The translations under genes were made by a program, and so were the position numbers. 64,000 nucleotides of DNA, from NCBI GenBank assembly GCA_047285805.1, contig JBJBCN010000002.1, positions 544,001-608,000 of the forward strand, read 5' to 3'. Positions 37,923 to 46,836 of this stretch are shown here, one piece after another. Under the pieces are notes generated by a model that had not been told where the DNA came from, ran no database searches, and saw only the letters and a program-made list of their open reading frames with translations. The stretch is from Synechococcus sp. (GTDB lineage: Bacteria > Cyanobacteriota > Cyanobacteriia > PCC-6307 > Cyanobiaceae). The first letter of the stretch is position 1; each line of letters begins with the position of its first letter.

Positions 37923-39202
37923 GCTGGGACGGCCTCCAGAACGAAGGCCCGCTGCGGCTGAAGCTGCGGGACAAGCTCCTGAAAGAGTCGCCGACCGTCC
38001 CATTGATCCAGCCAGTTCAATGGGGTTTGGAGATTGTGCTCTCGTCCCCAGAGGGCACTGTTGCCAACCATCGCGGCGACGGCGCTGGGTGCTTCGAGGC
38101 TGAAGCGATAGCCGTTTCCTACTAACCGACGGGCGCGATCCACCTCCGCCTCATTCGGACTCTCCTGCAGCAGTGCCAACAAAACCGAATTGATCTCGGC
38201 GCGTACGGCGCTCAACTGCTGGGGTTCGCAGACCGCCTCAAGCAGGACGAGGCAGCCGGACTCCAAAACGTTCAGATCCAGGTCAATGCTTTCCACCAGA
38301 CGCAACTGCTCCCGCAGCCGCTCCACCAGACGACTGCGCCGTCCCTCTGCCAAGAGCGTGGTGATCAGATCGCCGCCCACCACGGAGATCTGATCAGCGG
38401 CGCCAGGGAGTGGCCAGGCCATCAACAGCCGGGCCGCCTCGAGCCGCTGCAGTTCAATCCGCTCCTCGCCGGGCTCGAAGGTGAGGTAATCAGGCCGAAT
38501 ATCCCGCTGCGATGGCTTTACGCCGGCGAGAGCCGAGTCCGACAGCTGTGCGTCAAGTTCCAAAGCGGCAAGGGGACCGGCCACGGAGAGACAACAGCGG
38601 TCGGCTCGGTAATGCCGGTCGTGGAAGGCGGCCATGCTCTCCGGTGTGTGGCCGAGAAGAGCCTTGCGTGCACCAAGGATCGGTAGGCCGTAGGCATGAT
38701 TTAGGCAGCTCTGCTTCAGCAGTTGCTGAAAGGCCACCTCTTCGGGCTGATCCTCACTTTGGGCGAGTTCCTCGAGCACCACCTGGCGCTCCATGTCGAA
38801 ATCCTTGCTGTCGAGTCGGGGGTGCAGCACCAACTCTGTGAGCAGCTCCAAGGCCTCGCCGCAGGCCTCCGGAGGAATCAAGACGTGGTAATGAACGTCA
38901 TCGAACCCGGTTGCGGCGTTGCTGTTGCCGCCGAGGGCTTCGATACGAAGGTCGAATTCCCCTGCCTGCAGTGTTCGACTTCCTTTAAAGACCATGTGCT
39001 CGAGGAAGTGGGCGAGACCGGACTCTTCTGGTCCTTCCACGCCACTACCGGCCCGGCACCAAAAGTCCAGGCAGACGACCGGTGCATTCGGCAGGTCGAG
39101 TTGCACCACGGTGGTTCCGTTGGCGAGATGACCACGCTGCGGTTCCGGCAGTGGTGTGGTGTTCAGACCTGACAACGAGCGGAAATATTGGGTTTGCCCC
39201 AT
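37919..39202 (-). CDS. M16 family zinc peptidase (start uncertain)
   Basis: GLAHFLEHMVFKG, NAATGFD. Confidence 0.9.
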   Translation of the reverse strand: MGQTQYFRSLSGLNTTPLPEPQRGHLANGTTVVQLDLPNAPVVCLDFWCRAGSGVEGPEESGLAHFLEHMVFKGSRTLQAGEFDLRIEALGGNSNAATGFDDVHYHVLIPPEACGEALELLTELVLHPRLDSKDFDMERQVVLEELAQSEDQPEEVAFQQLLKQSCLNHAYGLPILGARKALLGHTPESMAAFHDRHYRADRCCLSVAGPLAALELDAQLSDSALAGVKPSQRDIRPDYLTFEPGEERIELQRLEAARLLMAWPLPGAADQISVVGGDLITTLLAEGRRSRLVERLREQLRLVESIDLDLNVLESGCLVLLEAVCEPQQLSAVRAEINSVLLALLQESPNEAEVDRARRLVGNGYRFSLEAPSAVAAMVGNSALWGREHNLQTPLNWLDQWDGRRLFQELVPQLQPQRAFVLEAVPA

Positions 39203-39243
39203 TCTGCTGGCAGGATCGCCCATGCGGATGTCCCCGAGCCCTG

Positions 39244-39975
39244 ATGAGTACTGCAGCCCTGGGCATTCATCCGCTGGTTGATGGGCTCGCAAAACGAATC
39301 CGTCAGCAATGGGAGTCGCTGCCCGAGGTTGAGCCGCTCGCGGTCGATCCCGAGCTCGAAGCCATTAGCGGCAGCTTGGATGGCGAAGACCTTTTCATTC
39401 ACAACGAACTGCGCTCCAGCCGCGGCTTGCGCAAATTGCACCTCGAAACGGCACGCCTTGGGGCTGGTCTCCAGGTTTTGCATTCCGTCTTCTTCCCAGA
39501 TCCCCGCTTTGATCTGCCGGTTTTTGGGGCTGACATCGTTGCCGGACGCGGCGTTGTCTCGGCCGCCATCGTTGATCTCTCACCCGTTGACGGGACCTTG
39601 CCGCCCGCTGTCCTCCAACGTCTTCAGGCTTTACCCAAGCGTGATTTCATCCAGGAGCGGGAGCTTCCTGAGTGGGGCACTATTTTTTCGCCGTACGTTC
39701 GCTTCGTCCGCCCTGCCGATGAAGAAGAGGAGCAGCGCTTCATCGAAGTGGTTAGTGATTTCCTCCATGCTCTGGCTGAGGCCAGCCGGGAAGCCACGGC
39801 CCAGCCGATCGATCACCCAGATACGGTGAGGCGACATCGCGGCCAGCTTTCGTATTGTCAGCAGCAGAAGCGCAACGACAAGACCCGCCGCGTTCTCGAG
39901 AAGGCGTTCAACCCCGAGTGGGCCGATCGTTACATCGAGGAACTTCTCTTCGACGATCCATTGCCCCTGCAGTGA
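39244..39975 (+). CDS. pcyA: Phycocyanobilin:ferredoxin oxidoreductase
   Basis: RKLHLE, LPVFGADIV, AAIVDLSP, QKRNDKTRRVL. Confidence 0.95.
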   Translation: MSTAALGIHPLVDGLAKRIRQQWESLPEVEPLAVDPELEAISGSLDGEDLFIHNELRSSRGLRKLHLETARLGAGLQVLHSVFFPDPRFDLPVFGADIVAGRGVVSAAIVDLSPVDGTLPPAVLQRLQALPKRDFIQERELPEWGTIFSPYVRFVRPADEEEEQRFIEVVSDFLHALAEASREATAQPIDHPDTVRRHRGQLSYCQQQKRNDKTRRVLEKAFNPEWADRYIEELLFDDPLPLQ

Positions 39976-40883
39976 TCTGGCATTGGATCCAAGGGCATCC
40001 TTGGCGTAGTGCCGGCGGGGCAGCCGCACTGCTGCTCGCTCTCGTGGCGATCAGCCGCAGCGTTGATCGCCCGATGCCGCCCCCACCAGCTCCGGCGGTT
40101 CAACCCAGAATCGAGTCCGTTTCGGCCTTGGGTCGTCTGGAGCCCGCGGGTGACGTTCGTCAACTGGCGGCACCGATGGGTTCAATGGGCGGAAGCCCCC
40201 GCATTACCAGCCTTTCCGTTCAAGAAGGGGATCGTGTTCAGCGCGGTCAAATGCTGGCGACTTTTGATAATCGCCCCGGTCTCTTGGCTGATTTGTCGGC
40301 AGTGAATGCACGCATCAGCACCCTGGACCGTTCAATCGCCATGCAACGTCGTGAGGTGAGTCGCTATCGCGAAGCCGCCCGTGAAGGTGCGGCCAGCATG
40401 GTGCTTCTGGAGGAGAAGCAAGACGAATTGGTCAAGTTCGAAGGACAACGCCGCGAAGCCCTGGCCGAGCGCCGTGGGGTGGAGGTGGATCTTAAGGACA
40501 GCCAGCTCCGCTCTCCGATCAACGGCACGGTCTTGCGGATCTACTCCAGGCCTGGCGAGCGGCCAGGCTCGGACGGAATCCTCGAGGTTGGAGCCAGCGA
40601 CCGGATGCAGGCCATTGCCGAGGTCTATGAGAGTGATATTGGCAGGATCCGTCTTGGTCAGAGCGCCTCGTTGATCAGCGAAAACGGCGGCTTCACTGGG
40701 AAGTTGAAGGCCGAGGTGGTCAGGATTTCTCCGCAGATCAGGCAGCGGGATGTGCTTTCCACCGACCCCACGGGTGATGCGGACGCCCGAATCGTTGAGG
40801 TGCGTCTTGCCCTGAGTTCGGAGGATGCCAAGCGGGTGCAACAGCTGTCGGGCCTCAAGGTCATCGCTCGCTTTGATCCGTGA
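39972..40883 (+). CDS. devB: DevB-family membrane fusion protein
   Basis: VSALGRLEPAG, EVYESDI, DADARIVEVR. Confidence 0.85.
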   Translation: MIWHWIQGHPWRSAGGAAALLLALVAISRSVDRPMPPPPAPAVQPRIESVSALGRLEPAGDVRQLAAPMGSMGGSPRITSLSVQEGDRVQRGQMLATFDNRPGLLADLSAVNARISTLDRSIAMQRREVSRYREAAREGAASMVLLEEKQDELVKFEGQRREALAERRGVEVDLKDSQLRSPINGTVLRIYSRPGERPGSDGILEVGASDRMQAIAEVYESDIGRIRLGQSASLISENGGFTGKLKAEVVRISPQIRQRDVLSTDPTGDADARIVEVRLALSSEDAKRVQQLSGLKVIARFDP

Positions 40884-42067
40884 GCTTGCAGCGTTGGTTT
40901 GAGGGGGCATGGCAGCGGCGGCGCATTCCACTTGCCCTCTTGCTCTTGACCAGGCAGCCGGTTCGCTTGGCCGTCGCCCTAGCAGGCATCAGTTTCGCCG
41001 GGATTCTGATGTTCATGCAGCTCGGCTTTCGTGACGGTCTCTTCGATGCGAGCGTCACGATTCACCGACTCTTTGATGCCGACTTGGTGTTGATCAGTCC
41101 GCGCTCCACAAGCTCGGTGAGCATGGCCGGCTTCCCGAAACGCCGTCTGGTCCAGACCATGGCGGCCCCGGAGGTCGAGGGCATCACGCCTGTGCACTGG
41201 AACTTGCTGCTCTGGCGCAACCCGGAGACGCGGGGCACCCGCTCGATCCTCACCTTGGGCTTTGAGCCCAACGACCCACTGTTCACCGACCCGACCTTGG
41301 CGCCTAAGGCACGCGCCCTAACGCAAAAAGGGAGGGTTCTCTTTGATGAACAGTCCCGTCCCGAGTTCGGCCCGGTGGCGGACTGGTTCAAATCCGGGCG
41401 CATCGTCGAGAGTGAAATCGCCGGAAAACGCGTGCGGGTCGCCGGCTTAGTGGGTCTGGGCACCTCCTTCGGGGCTGACGGCAACCTGCTGACGAGCTCT
41501 GAGACCTTCATCGACTTGCTTCCGAACACGCCGCCGGGGAGCATCGAGGTTGGACTGGTTCGGCTCAAACCCGGCAGTGATCCCCAGGCCGTCGCGCAAC
41601 GCCTCCAGGCGCAACTGCCAAGCGATGTGAAGGTCTTGACCAAGCAGGGCTTCATCGACTTCGAACAGAACTACTGGCGCACCAGTACGTCCATCGGCTT
41701 CATTTTCACCTTGGGGGCTGCAATGGGGTTTGTGGTCGGCTGCGTGATCGTTTACCAGGTGCTTTATTCCGATGTCAGCGATCACCTGCCGGAATACGCC
41801 ACCTTGATGGCTATGGGTTACAACCTGCCCAGCCTGCTCGGCGTCGTTGCTCGAGAGGGCTTGCTGCTGGCGGCTTTTGGTTATCTGCCGGCCTATGCCG
41901 CAGGCCAAGGGCTCTATCTCATGGTCCGCTCGGCCACGCAGCTGCCAGTGTTTATGGACACTTCGAGGGCGGTGACCGTCTTCACCATGATTTTGGTGAT
42001 GTGTATGGCATCAGCTGGTCTCGCCATGCGCCGGCTCGCCGATGCGGATCCCGCGGAGATTTTCTGA
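40880..42067 (+). CDS. devC: DevC-family ABC transporter permease
   Basis: ILMFMQLGF, DHLPEYATL, ADPAEIF. Confidence 0.9.
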   Translation: MSLQRWFEGAWQRRRIPLALLLLTRQPVRLAVALAGISFAGILMFMQLGFRDGLFDASVTIHRLFDADLVLISPRSTSSVSMAGFPKRRLVQTMAAPEVEGITPVHWNLLLWRNPETRGTRSILTLGFEPNDPLFTDPTLAPKARALTQKGRVLFDEQSRPEFGPVADWFKSGRIVESEIAGKRVRVAGLVGLGTSFGADGNLLTSSETFIDLLPNTPPGSIEVGLVRLKPGSDPQAVAQRLQAQLPSDVKVLTKQGFIDFEQNYWRTSTSIGFIFTLGAAMGFVVGCVIVYQVLYSDVSDHLPEYATLMAMGYNLPSLLGVVAREGLLLAAFGYLPAYAAGQGLYLMVRSATQLPVFMDTSRAVTVFTMILVMCMASAGLAMRRLADADPAEIF

Positions 42068-42071
42068 AGCA

Positions 42072-42788
42072 ATGGGAACCTCGGCCGCTGTCGATCTCAA
42101 GGAGCTCTCCCATTTCTATGGAACGGGATCCATGCGCCGTCAGGTGCTTCAGGGCGTCAATCTGACCGTCGCCGCTGGGGAGGTTGTCCTGCTGACGGGA
42201 CCCTCGGGTTGCGGCAAGACCACCCTCTTAACCCTGGTCGGTGCCCTTCGCTCAGTTCAAGAGGGATCGGTGCAGGTCTTGGGTCAAGAACTGGCCGGAG
42301 CGACCCGGCGTGAGCGCCAGCGTCTTCGCCGCTCGATCGGCATGATTTTTCAAGGCCACAACCTATTGCGCTGCCTGACGGCTGAACAGAACGTGCAAAT
42401 GGGTTCTGATCTTCTACCGGGGTTGAGTTACCGGGCCCGACGTGATCAATCCCAGGAATGGTTGCGGTCTGTGGGTCTCGGGTACGAGCTCAACAAATTG
42501 CCCCATAACCTCTCCGGCGGTCAAAAGCAACGGGTGGCCATCGCCCGTGCCCTGGCGGCCCATCCCAGTCTGCTGTTGGCGGACGAGCCGACGGCGGCGT
42601 TGGATTCGCAAACCGGTCGTGAAGTCGTGCAGCTGCTGCGACGTCTCGCCCGTGACCAAGGCTGTGCAGTCCTGATGGTCACCCATGATCCGCGGATTTT
42701 GGATATCGCGGATCGTTTGGTCCGGATGGAGGACGGCCATCTGTTTGAGGACGGGAAGCCTGCGGTCAGCGCCACACATTGGGGGTGA
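42072..42788 (+). CDS. devA: DevA-family ABC transporter ATPase
   Basis: GPSGCGKT, LSGGQKQRVAIARA, ADEPTAALD. Confidence 0.9.
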   Translation: MGTSAAVDLKELSHFYGTGSMRRQVLQGVNLTVAAGEVVLLTGPSGCGKTTLLTLVGALRSVQEGSVQVLGQELAGATRRERQRLRRSIGMIFQGHNLLRCLTAEQNVQMGSDLLPGLSYRARRDQSQEWLRSVGLGYELNKLPHNLSGGQKQRVAIARALAAHPSLLLADEPTAALDSQTGREVVQLLRRLARDQGCAVLMVTHDPRILDIADRLVRMEDGHLFEDGKPAVSATHWG

Positions 42789-42829
42789 TTCAGTACTGTG
42801 GTGACTTACCCGAACTATCCGCCGTTTCG

Positions 42830-42985
42830 ATGGCCAAACGCCGCAACCTCAAGAAGGAAAAGCAAGAGCGCAACCGCGCATACGCCCGCAAGTTCAAAAA
42901 GCGGAAGATGCGTAACGATGGGCGTGGCGAAGGTGCTGGCAACGGAGTGACCGGTACCGCCAACAACGGTGGCGCAGCCGACTGA
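42830..42985 (+). CDS. Small highly basic conserved protein
   Basis: MAKRRNLKKEKQERNRAYARKFKKRK...; followed by a strong terminator. Confidence 0.75.
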   Translation: MAKRRNLKKEKQERNRAYARKFKKRKMRNDGRGEGAGNGVTGTANNGGAAD

Positions 42986-43010
42986 TCTTCAGACCGAACC
43001 TGACCGCAAC

Positions 43011-43036
43011 GGGATCCTGATGGATCCCTTTTTTTT
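43011..43036 (+). terminator. Rho-independent terminator
   Basis: GGGATCC-tgat-GGATCCC-T8. Confidence 0.9.
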
Positions 43037-43057
43037 GCTACATCTGTCGACCTGGCC

Positions 43058-43990
43058 ATGTTTCTCAGCGTCGTCATCCCCACCTACAACCGTCTGCCGA
43101 TCCTCGAGAAGTGCCTTCGGGCCCTCGAACGGCAGCGACTGACTGCGGCGATCAGCGACTACGAAGTGGTCGTCGTGGATGACGGCTCCACCGACGAAAC
43201 GGTGTCCTGGGTCCGCCAGCATCAGGCTGAACTCCCACATGTCCGCTTGATTCAGCAGGACCACGGTGGCCCTGCAGAGGGTCGTAACCGGGGTGTGGAC
43301 CATGCCCGCGGTGACGTCATTGTTTTTATCGACAGTGATCTGGTCGTCACTGAGGAGTTCCTCCTCAGCCATGCCACCGCACTCCAGGCCAGTTGGCAGG
43401 AGAGAGGCAACCGCCTCTGCTTCACCTACGGAGCCGTGATCAACACGGCGAATTTCGAAGATCCCACCAGCGAACCCCATAAGCTTCGCGACCTCTCCTG
43501 GGCCTATTTCGCGACAGGCAACGTCGCGATTGATCGCGAGGTTCTCGAGCGTAGTGGTCTCTTTGACACGCGCTTCCGCCTCTACGGCTGGGAGGACCTG
43601 GAGCTTGGAGAGCGGCTTCGCCAGATGAATGTTGTGCTTGTGCGCTGCCCGTCTGCGGTCGGTTATCACTGGCACCCGCCCCTGAGCCTCGAGCAGGTTC
43701 CCCGCCTCATTGCCGTCGAGGGTGAGCGGGCCAAGATGGGACTCGTTTTCTACAAAAAACACCCCACCCGCCGGGTGCGCTTCATTATTCAGTTCACAGT
43801 CCTCCACCGGATCCTTTGGGAAGTGTTGACCCTTGGAGGCCTGGTCAACGAGCGCAGCCTGAGTCCGCTATTGGCTTGGATGATTCGCAAGGGCCAGGCG
43901 GCATGGGCCATGGAGCTGCTGCGCCTTCCCTTGAATCGCATCGGTGTGCGAGCGCTCTACGCCGAAGCGCGTGCCGCGGGTTTGCGCTGA
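43058..43990 (+). CDS. Glycosyltransferase family 2
   Basis: SVVIPTYN, VVDDGSTD, FIDSD, YGWEDLE. Confidence 0.92.
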   Translation: MFLSVVIPTYNRLPILEKCLRALERQRLTAAISDYEVVVVDDGSTDETVSWVRQHQAELPHVRLIQQDHGGPAEGRNRGVDHARGDVIVFIDSDLVVTEEFLLSHATALQASWQERGNRLCFTYGAVINTANFEDPTSEPHKLRDLSWAYFATGNVAIDREVLERSGLFDTRFRLYGWEDLELGERLRQMNVVLVRCPSAVGYHWHPPLSLEQVPRLIAVEGERAKMGLVFYKKHPTRRVRFIIQFTVLHRILWEVLTLGGLVNERSLSPLLAWMIRKGQAAWAMELLRLPLNRIGVRALYAEARAAGLR

Positions 43991-44042
43991 GTGCTCTCTA
44001 GGGAGTCCTGGTGGGCTGTTTGGTAATGTTATTAGGCATTTT

Positions 44043-44136
44043 CACACCGCACACCTGCGCGTTTCGGGTGATCAACCGGTGATGCAGGTTCACCCTGTTC
44101 GGTCGGTCCCTGGCAGGTGGAGGCAAACCCGAAACC
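44043..44136 (+). promoter_or_regulatory. rpsB leader RNA (t44/S2-binding leader)
   Basis: CACAC...CACCTGC...TTCGGGT pairing with GCAGGTGGAGGCAAACCCGAA, just upstream of rpsB. Confidence 0.7.
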
Positions 44137-44146
44137 TAAACAAAAC

Positions 44147-44866
44147 ATGGCTGTTGTCACTCTCGCCGAAATGATGGAGGCGGGTGCTCACTTTGGGCAC
44201 CAAACCCGCCGTTGGAACCCCAAGATGTCGCGCTACATCTACTGCGCGCGCAACGGTGTCCACATCATCGATCTCGTGCAAACCGCGGTTTGCATGAACA
44301 ACGCCTACAAGTGGGTGCGTAGTGCTGCACGCAGCGGCAAGCGCTTCCTCTTTGTTGGCACCAAGAAGCAGGCCTCCGAGGTGATCGCCCTGGAAGCCAG
44401 CCGCTGCGGCGCGTCCTACGTGAACCAGCGCTGGCTGGGCGGCATGCTCACCAACTGGACCACGATGCGCGCACGTATCGACCGTCTGAAGGACCTCGAG
44501 CGGATGGAGTCCTCGGGCGCTATCGCGATGCGTCCCAAGAAGGAAGCAGCCGTTCTGCGTCGTGAGCTTGATCGTCTGCAGAAGTACTTGGGCGGTCTGA
44601 AGAACATGCGCCGTCTCCCCGATGTGGTGGTTCTGGTGGACCAGCGCCGCGAGACCAACGCCGTGCTCGAGGCCCGCAAGCTGGACATCCCCCTGGTGTC
44701 GATGCTCGATACGAATTGCGATCCCGACCTCTGCGACGTGCCCATCCCCTGCAACGACGACGCTGTGCGCTCTGTGCAACTGGTGCTGGGACGCCTGGCT
44801 GACGCCATCAACGAAGGTCGTCATGGCTCCGCTGAGCAGGGCGGCTACGACGAAGCCCAGGCCTGA
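44147..44866 (+). CDS. rpsB: 30S ribosomal protein S2
   Basis: [31 protein letters not shown]. Confidence 0.99.
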   Translation: MAVVTLAEMMEAGAHFGHQTRRWNPKMSRYIYCARNGVHIIDLVQTAVCMNNAYKWVRSAARSGKRFLFVGTKKQASEVIALEASRCGASYVNQRWLGGMLTNWTTMRARIDRLKDLERMESSGAIAMRPKKEAAVLRRELDRLQKYLGGLKNMRRLPDVVVLVDQRRETNAVLEARKLDIPLVSMLDTNCDPDLCDVPIPCNDDAVRSVQLVLGRLADAINEGRHGSAEQGGYDEAQA

Positions 44867-44896
44867 TTCGCCTCTGACCCCAGTGCTTGATGCCAA

Positions 44897-44918
44897 GAGC
44901 TTTCCTTCGGGGAGGCTC
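44897..44918 (+). terminator. rpsB-tsf intergenic hairpin (attenuator or stabiliser)
   Basis: GAGCTTTCC-TTCG-GGGAGGCTC with a cUUCGg tetraloop. Confidence 0.55.
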
Positions 44919-44971
44919 CTCGCTTTTGAGCCTCTGTCTTGATTTCCACCTCTTCATCACCGCGATTACCC

Positions 44972-45628
44972 ATGGCTGAGATTTCCGCCAAGCTCGTCAA
45001 AGAACTGCGTGACATGACCGGCGCAGGCATGATGGATTGCAAGAAGGCCCTCAAGGAGACCGAGGGTGACAAGGACAAGGCCGTAGAGTGGCTTCGTCAG
45101 AAAGGCATTGCTTCCGCCGAGAAGAAGTCAGGTCGTGCCGCTGCTGAAGGTGCTATCGGCAGTTACATCCACACTGGCGCTCGTGTGGGTGTCCTTGTGG
45201 AAGTCAACTGCGAGACCGACTTCGTGGCCCGCGGCGAGATCTTCCAGGAGCTGGTCCGCAATGTGGCGATGCAGGTTGCTGCGTGCCCCAACGTTGATTT
45301 TGTCAAGGTCGACGACATCCCCGCTGAAGTCGCTGAGCGCGAGAAGCATATTGAGATGGGTCGTGATGACCTCGCGGGCAAGAAGGAAGAGATGAAGGTG
45401 AAGATCGTTGCTGGCCGTATCGGCAAGCGACTCAAGGAAATGTCCCTCCTGGATCAGCCCTACATCAAAGACAGCAGCATGACCGTTGACCAGCTCGTCA
45501 AGGAAGTCTCCGGCAAGATCGGAGAGAATATCCAGGTTCGCCGCTTCGTTCGCTTCAACTTGGGCGAAGGCATCGAGATCGAGCAGATGGATTTCGCTGC
45601 TGAAGTGGCTGCCATGCAGGCTGCCTGA
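44972..45628 (+). CDS. tsf: Elongation factor Ts
   Basis: [22 protein letters not shown]. Confidence 0.99.
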   Translation: MAEISAKLVKELRDMTGAGMMDCKKALKETEGDKDKAVEWLRQKGIASAEKKSGRAAAEGAIGSYIHTGARVGVLVEVNCETDFVARGEIFQELVRNVAMQVAACPNVDFVKVDDIPAEVAEREKHIEMGRDDLAGKKEEMKVKIVAGRIGKRLKEMSLLDQPYIKDSSMTVDQLVKEVSGKIGENIQVRRFVRFNLGEGIEIEQMDFAAEVAAMQAA

Positions 45629-45654
45629 CCGGGAGCACCCCTTTCAGCGCACTG

Positions 45655-46836
45655 TTGGTGGACTCCAACGTTCGATCCCTCGACGAGGCCAAGTTGCAAC
45701 TCCTCTCGCTGCTTGCGCAGCAGGAGGAGTTCACTCCGGTCCTCTACCGCGATTTGGCTCTGTATCTTCAGGTCCTGCGAGATGGCCTGCTGCACAGCGT
45801 GCAGCAGGCCTGTTTTCATTTGGCCACCCAGGTGGTTCCTGAGCGTTACAACCAGCTTCCCCAAGAGCGCCGGGAGATGTTCCAACGCCGTCTTCAGAGC
45901 TTGGTCAAGCGCTCCTGCTCCTTGTTGACGGTCGAGCAGGTGATGGGTCTGGCCACCCAACAGGCTCGCAAGCAGGAGCGCCGGCAACTGCAGGAACAGC
46001 AAAAGATTCTCCAAACGATGCTTGAGGGTCGTGAGGCTGCTGATGCGTCGGCCCCTGTCGAACCCAGCCTTGAGCCTCAATCGGTCAACTTGAGCCTGGA
46101 ATTGCCGCTGGCAGCTGATCTCTTTGACAGTGGTGTCCCCGGTCTGCCCTCCCTGAGCCAACACCAGCGGTCCAGCGAGGAGCAAGCCAACCCACCAGAG
46201 TCGGCTCCCCCCGAAGGAGATTTGGCGCTGCTGCAGTCCCTCTTCACGATGGCCTCGGAGACCCTCTCCGCCGCAGCACCGGAGATTGCGGAGGAGGACG
46301 ACGACACTCAGATCAGTAGCGACTCTCTCTTTGGTTCATCGTCGTCAGCTGTCACCCGTTCGCAGTTACCCAAGGACCCATTGCTGCAGATCCGCTGGTG
46401 GGCGCACTTCGATCGTGCCCTGCGCCGCCGCCTCCGCAACCTCTCCCATGCCATCAACGTGGAGATGATGCGGGTCGGTTTGGCCCAAGGCCTACTGCCC
46501 TTGAACCTCTTGGATGCGGTCTTAGACGGACAAGTGGAGGCCCTTCCTGCCCCCGCAAACGTCTTGCGGATTGCGCTGCCGCTTTCCCTGAATCCGGGAT
46601 CCCAAGCCAGCGCCCCGACTGAGGTCATGACCCTGCTGCTGCGCAGCGCTGATCTGGAGTTTGAGCAACCCCGTTTGCGAACCTGCCGCCAGCGGCTCGA
46701 ACAGCGGCGCCGCACATTGCGCACAATGGCCAAGCGGTATCGAACCTGGCAGCGCCGGGTTCGTGCCCTCGAAGCAGAGCAGCAGTGGTTCCAGGACAGT
46801 TCCCCACCCCAGGATCCAGCGGCGGATCGCACCTAG
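45655..46836 (+). CDS. Conserved picocyanobacterial hypothetical protein
   Basis: 393-aa ORF between tsf and recG with backbone-like composition. Confidence 0.75.
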   Translation: MVDSNVRSLDEAKLQLLSLLAQQEEFTPVLYRDLALYLQVLRDGLLHSVQQACFHLATQVVPERYNQLPQERREMFQRRLQSLVKRSCSLLTVEQVMGLATQQARKQERRQLQEQQKILQTMLEGREAADASAPVEPSLEPQSVNLSLELPLAADLFDSGVPGLPSLSQHQRSSEEQANPPESAPPEGDLALLQSLFTMASETLSAAAPEIAEEDDDTQISSDSLFGSSSSAVTRSQLPKDPLLQIRWWAHFDRALRRRLRNLSHAINVEMMRVGLAQGLLPLNLLDAVLDGQVEALPAPANVLRIALPLSLNPGSQASAPTEVMTLLLRSADLEFEQPRLRTCRQRLEQRRRTLRTMAKRYRTWQRRVRALEAEQQWFQDSSPPQDPAADRT

